A DNA stretch of 64,000 bases, taken from assembly GCA_963697335.1 (NCBI GenBank), contig CAVONQ010000018.1:96001-160000 (forward strand), in the 5' to 3' direction. Position 1 is the stretch's first letter; every line of letters begins with the position of its first letter. Source of the DNA: an uncultured cyanobacterium (GTDB taxonomy: Bacteria > Cyanobacteriota > Cyanobacteriia > PCC-6307 > Cyanobiaceae). The notes under the pieces were generated by a model. It was given only the letters and a program-made list of their open reading frames with translations, ran no database searches and was not told where the DNA came from. Shown here piece by piece: positions 63,914 through 64,000 of the stretch. The translations under genes and the position numbers were made by a program.

Positions 63914-64000
63914 AGCGGGGCCTTGAGGTTATGGCCGCACTTCTGCAGCCTGGCGGTGCAGCAGCCCAGCTCCGAAGACAATCCGAAGATTCGGGTACCA

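Overview
High-GC picocyanobacterial chromosome segment (Cyanobium / Synechococcus subcluster 5.2-like, inferred from gene content and protein similarity). About 44 kb (4.3-47.8 kb) is one nitrogen-assimilation super-cluster: molybdenum cofactor genes (moaC, moeA, moaE, moaD, moaB, moaA, mobA), nrtP, narB, narM, a cnaT-like gene, nirA, siroheme genes, focA, cynS, a circularly permuted ATP-grasp/alpha-E/transglutaminase operon, urease (ureABCDEFG), urtABCDE and formamidase (fmdAB). Several NtcA-type boxes lie in its intergenic gaps. The flanks hold ppk1 (partial), an MFS transporter and sucrose-phosphate synthase on the left, and pabC/pabB, queC/queE, a PPIase-HlyB-HlyD type I secretion module, pyrG, dps, a group 2 sigma factor, aspS and gcvT on the right. 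Most notable: (1) a lower-GC two-gene insert pairing a COG0523 metallochaperone GTPase with a 1899-aa dimethylformamidase-like/DUF4082/Calx-beta protein, a candidate exported amide-scavenging system; (2) a sucrose-phosphatase-MoaC fusion; (3) a putative peptide ligase/tagging operon with an NtcA-type promoter; (4) several small unannotated ORFs beside NtcA-type boxes; (5) clustered frameshifts at 41-54 kb, probably sequencing indels. No rRNA, tRNA, CRISPR array or transposase was recognised. All calls come from reading the sequence by eye; no database searches were run, and start codons are best estimates.
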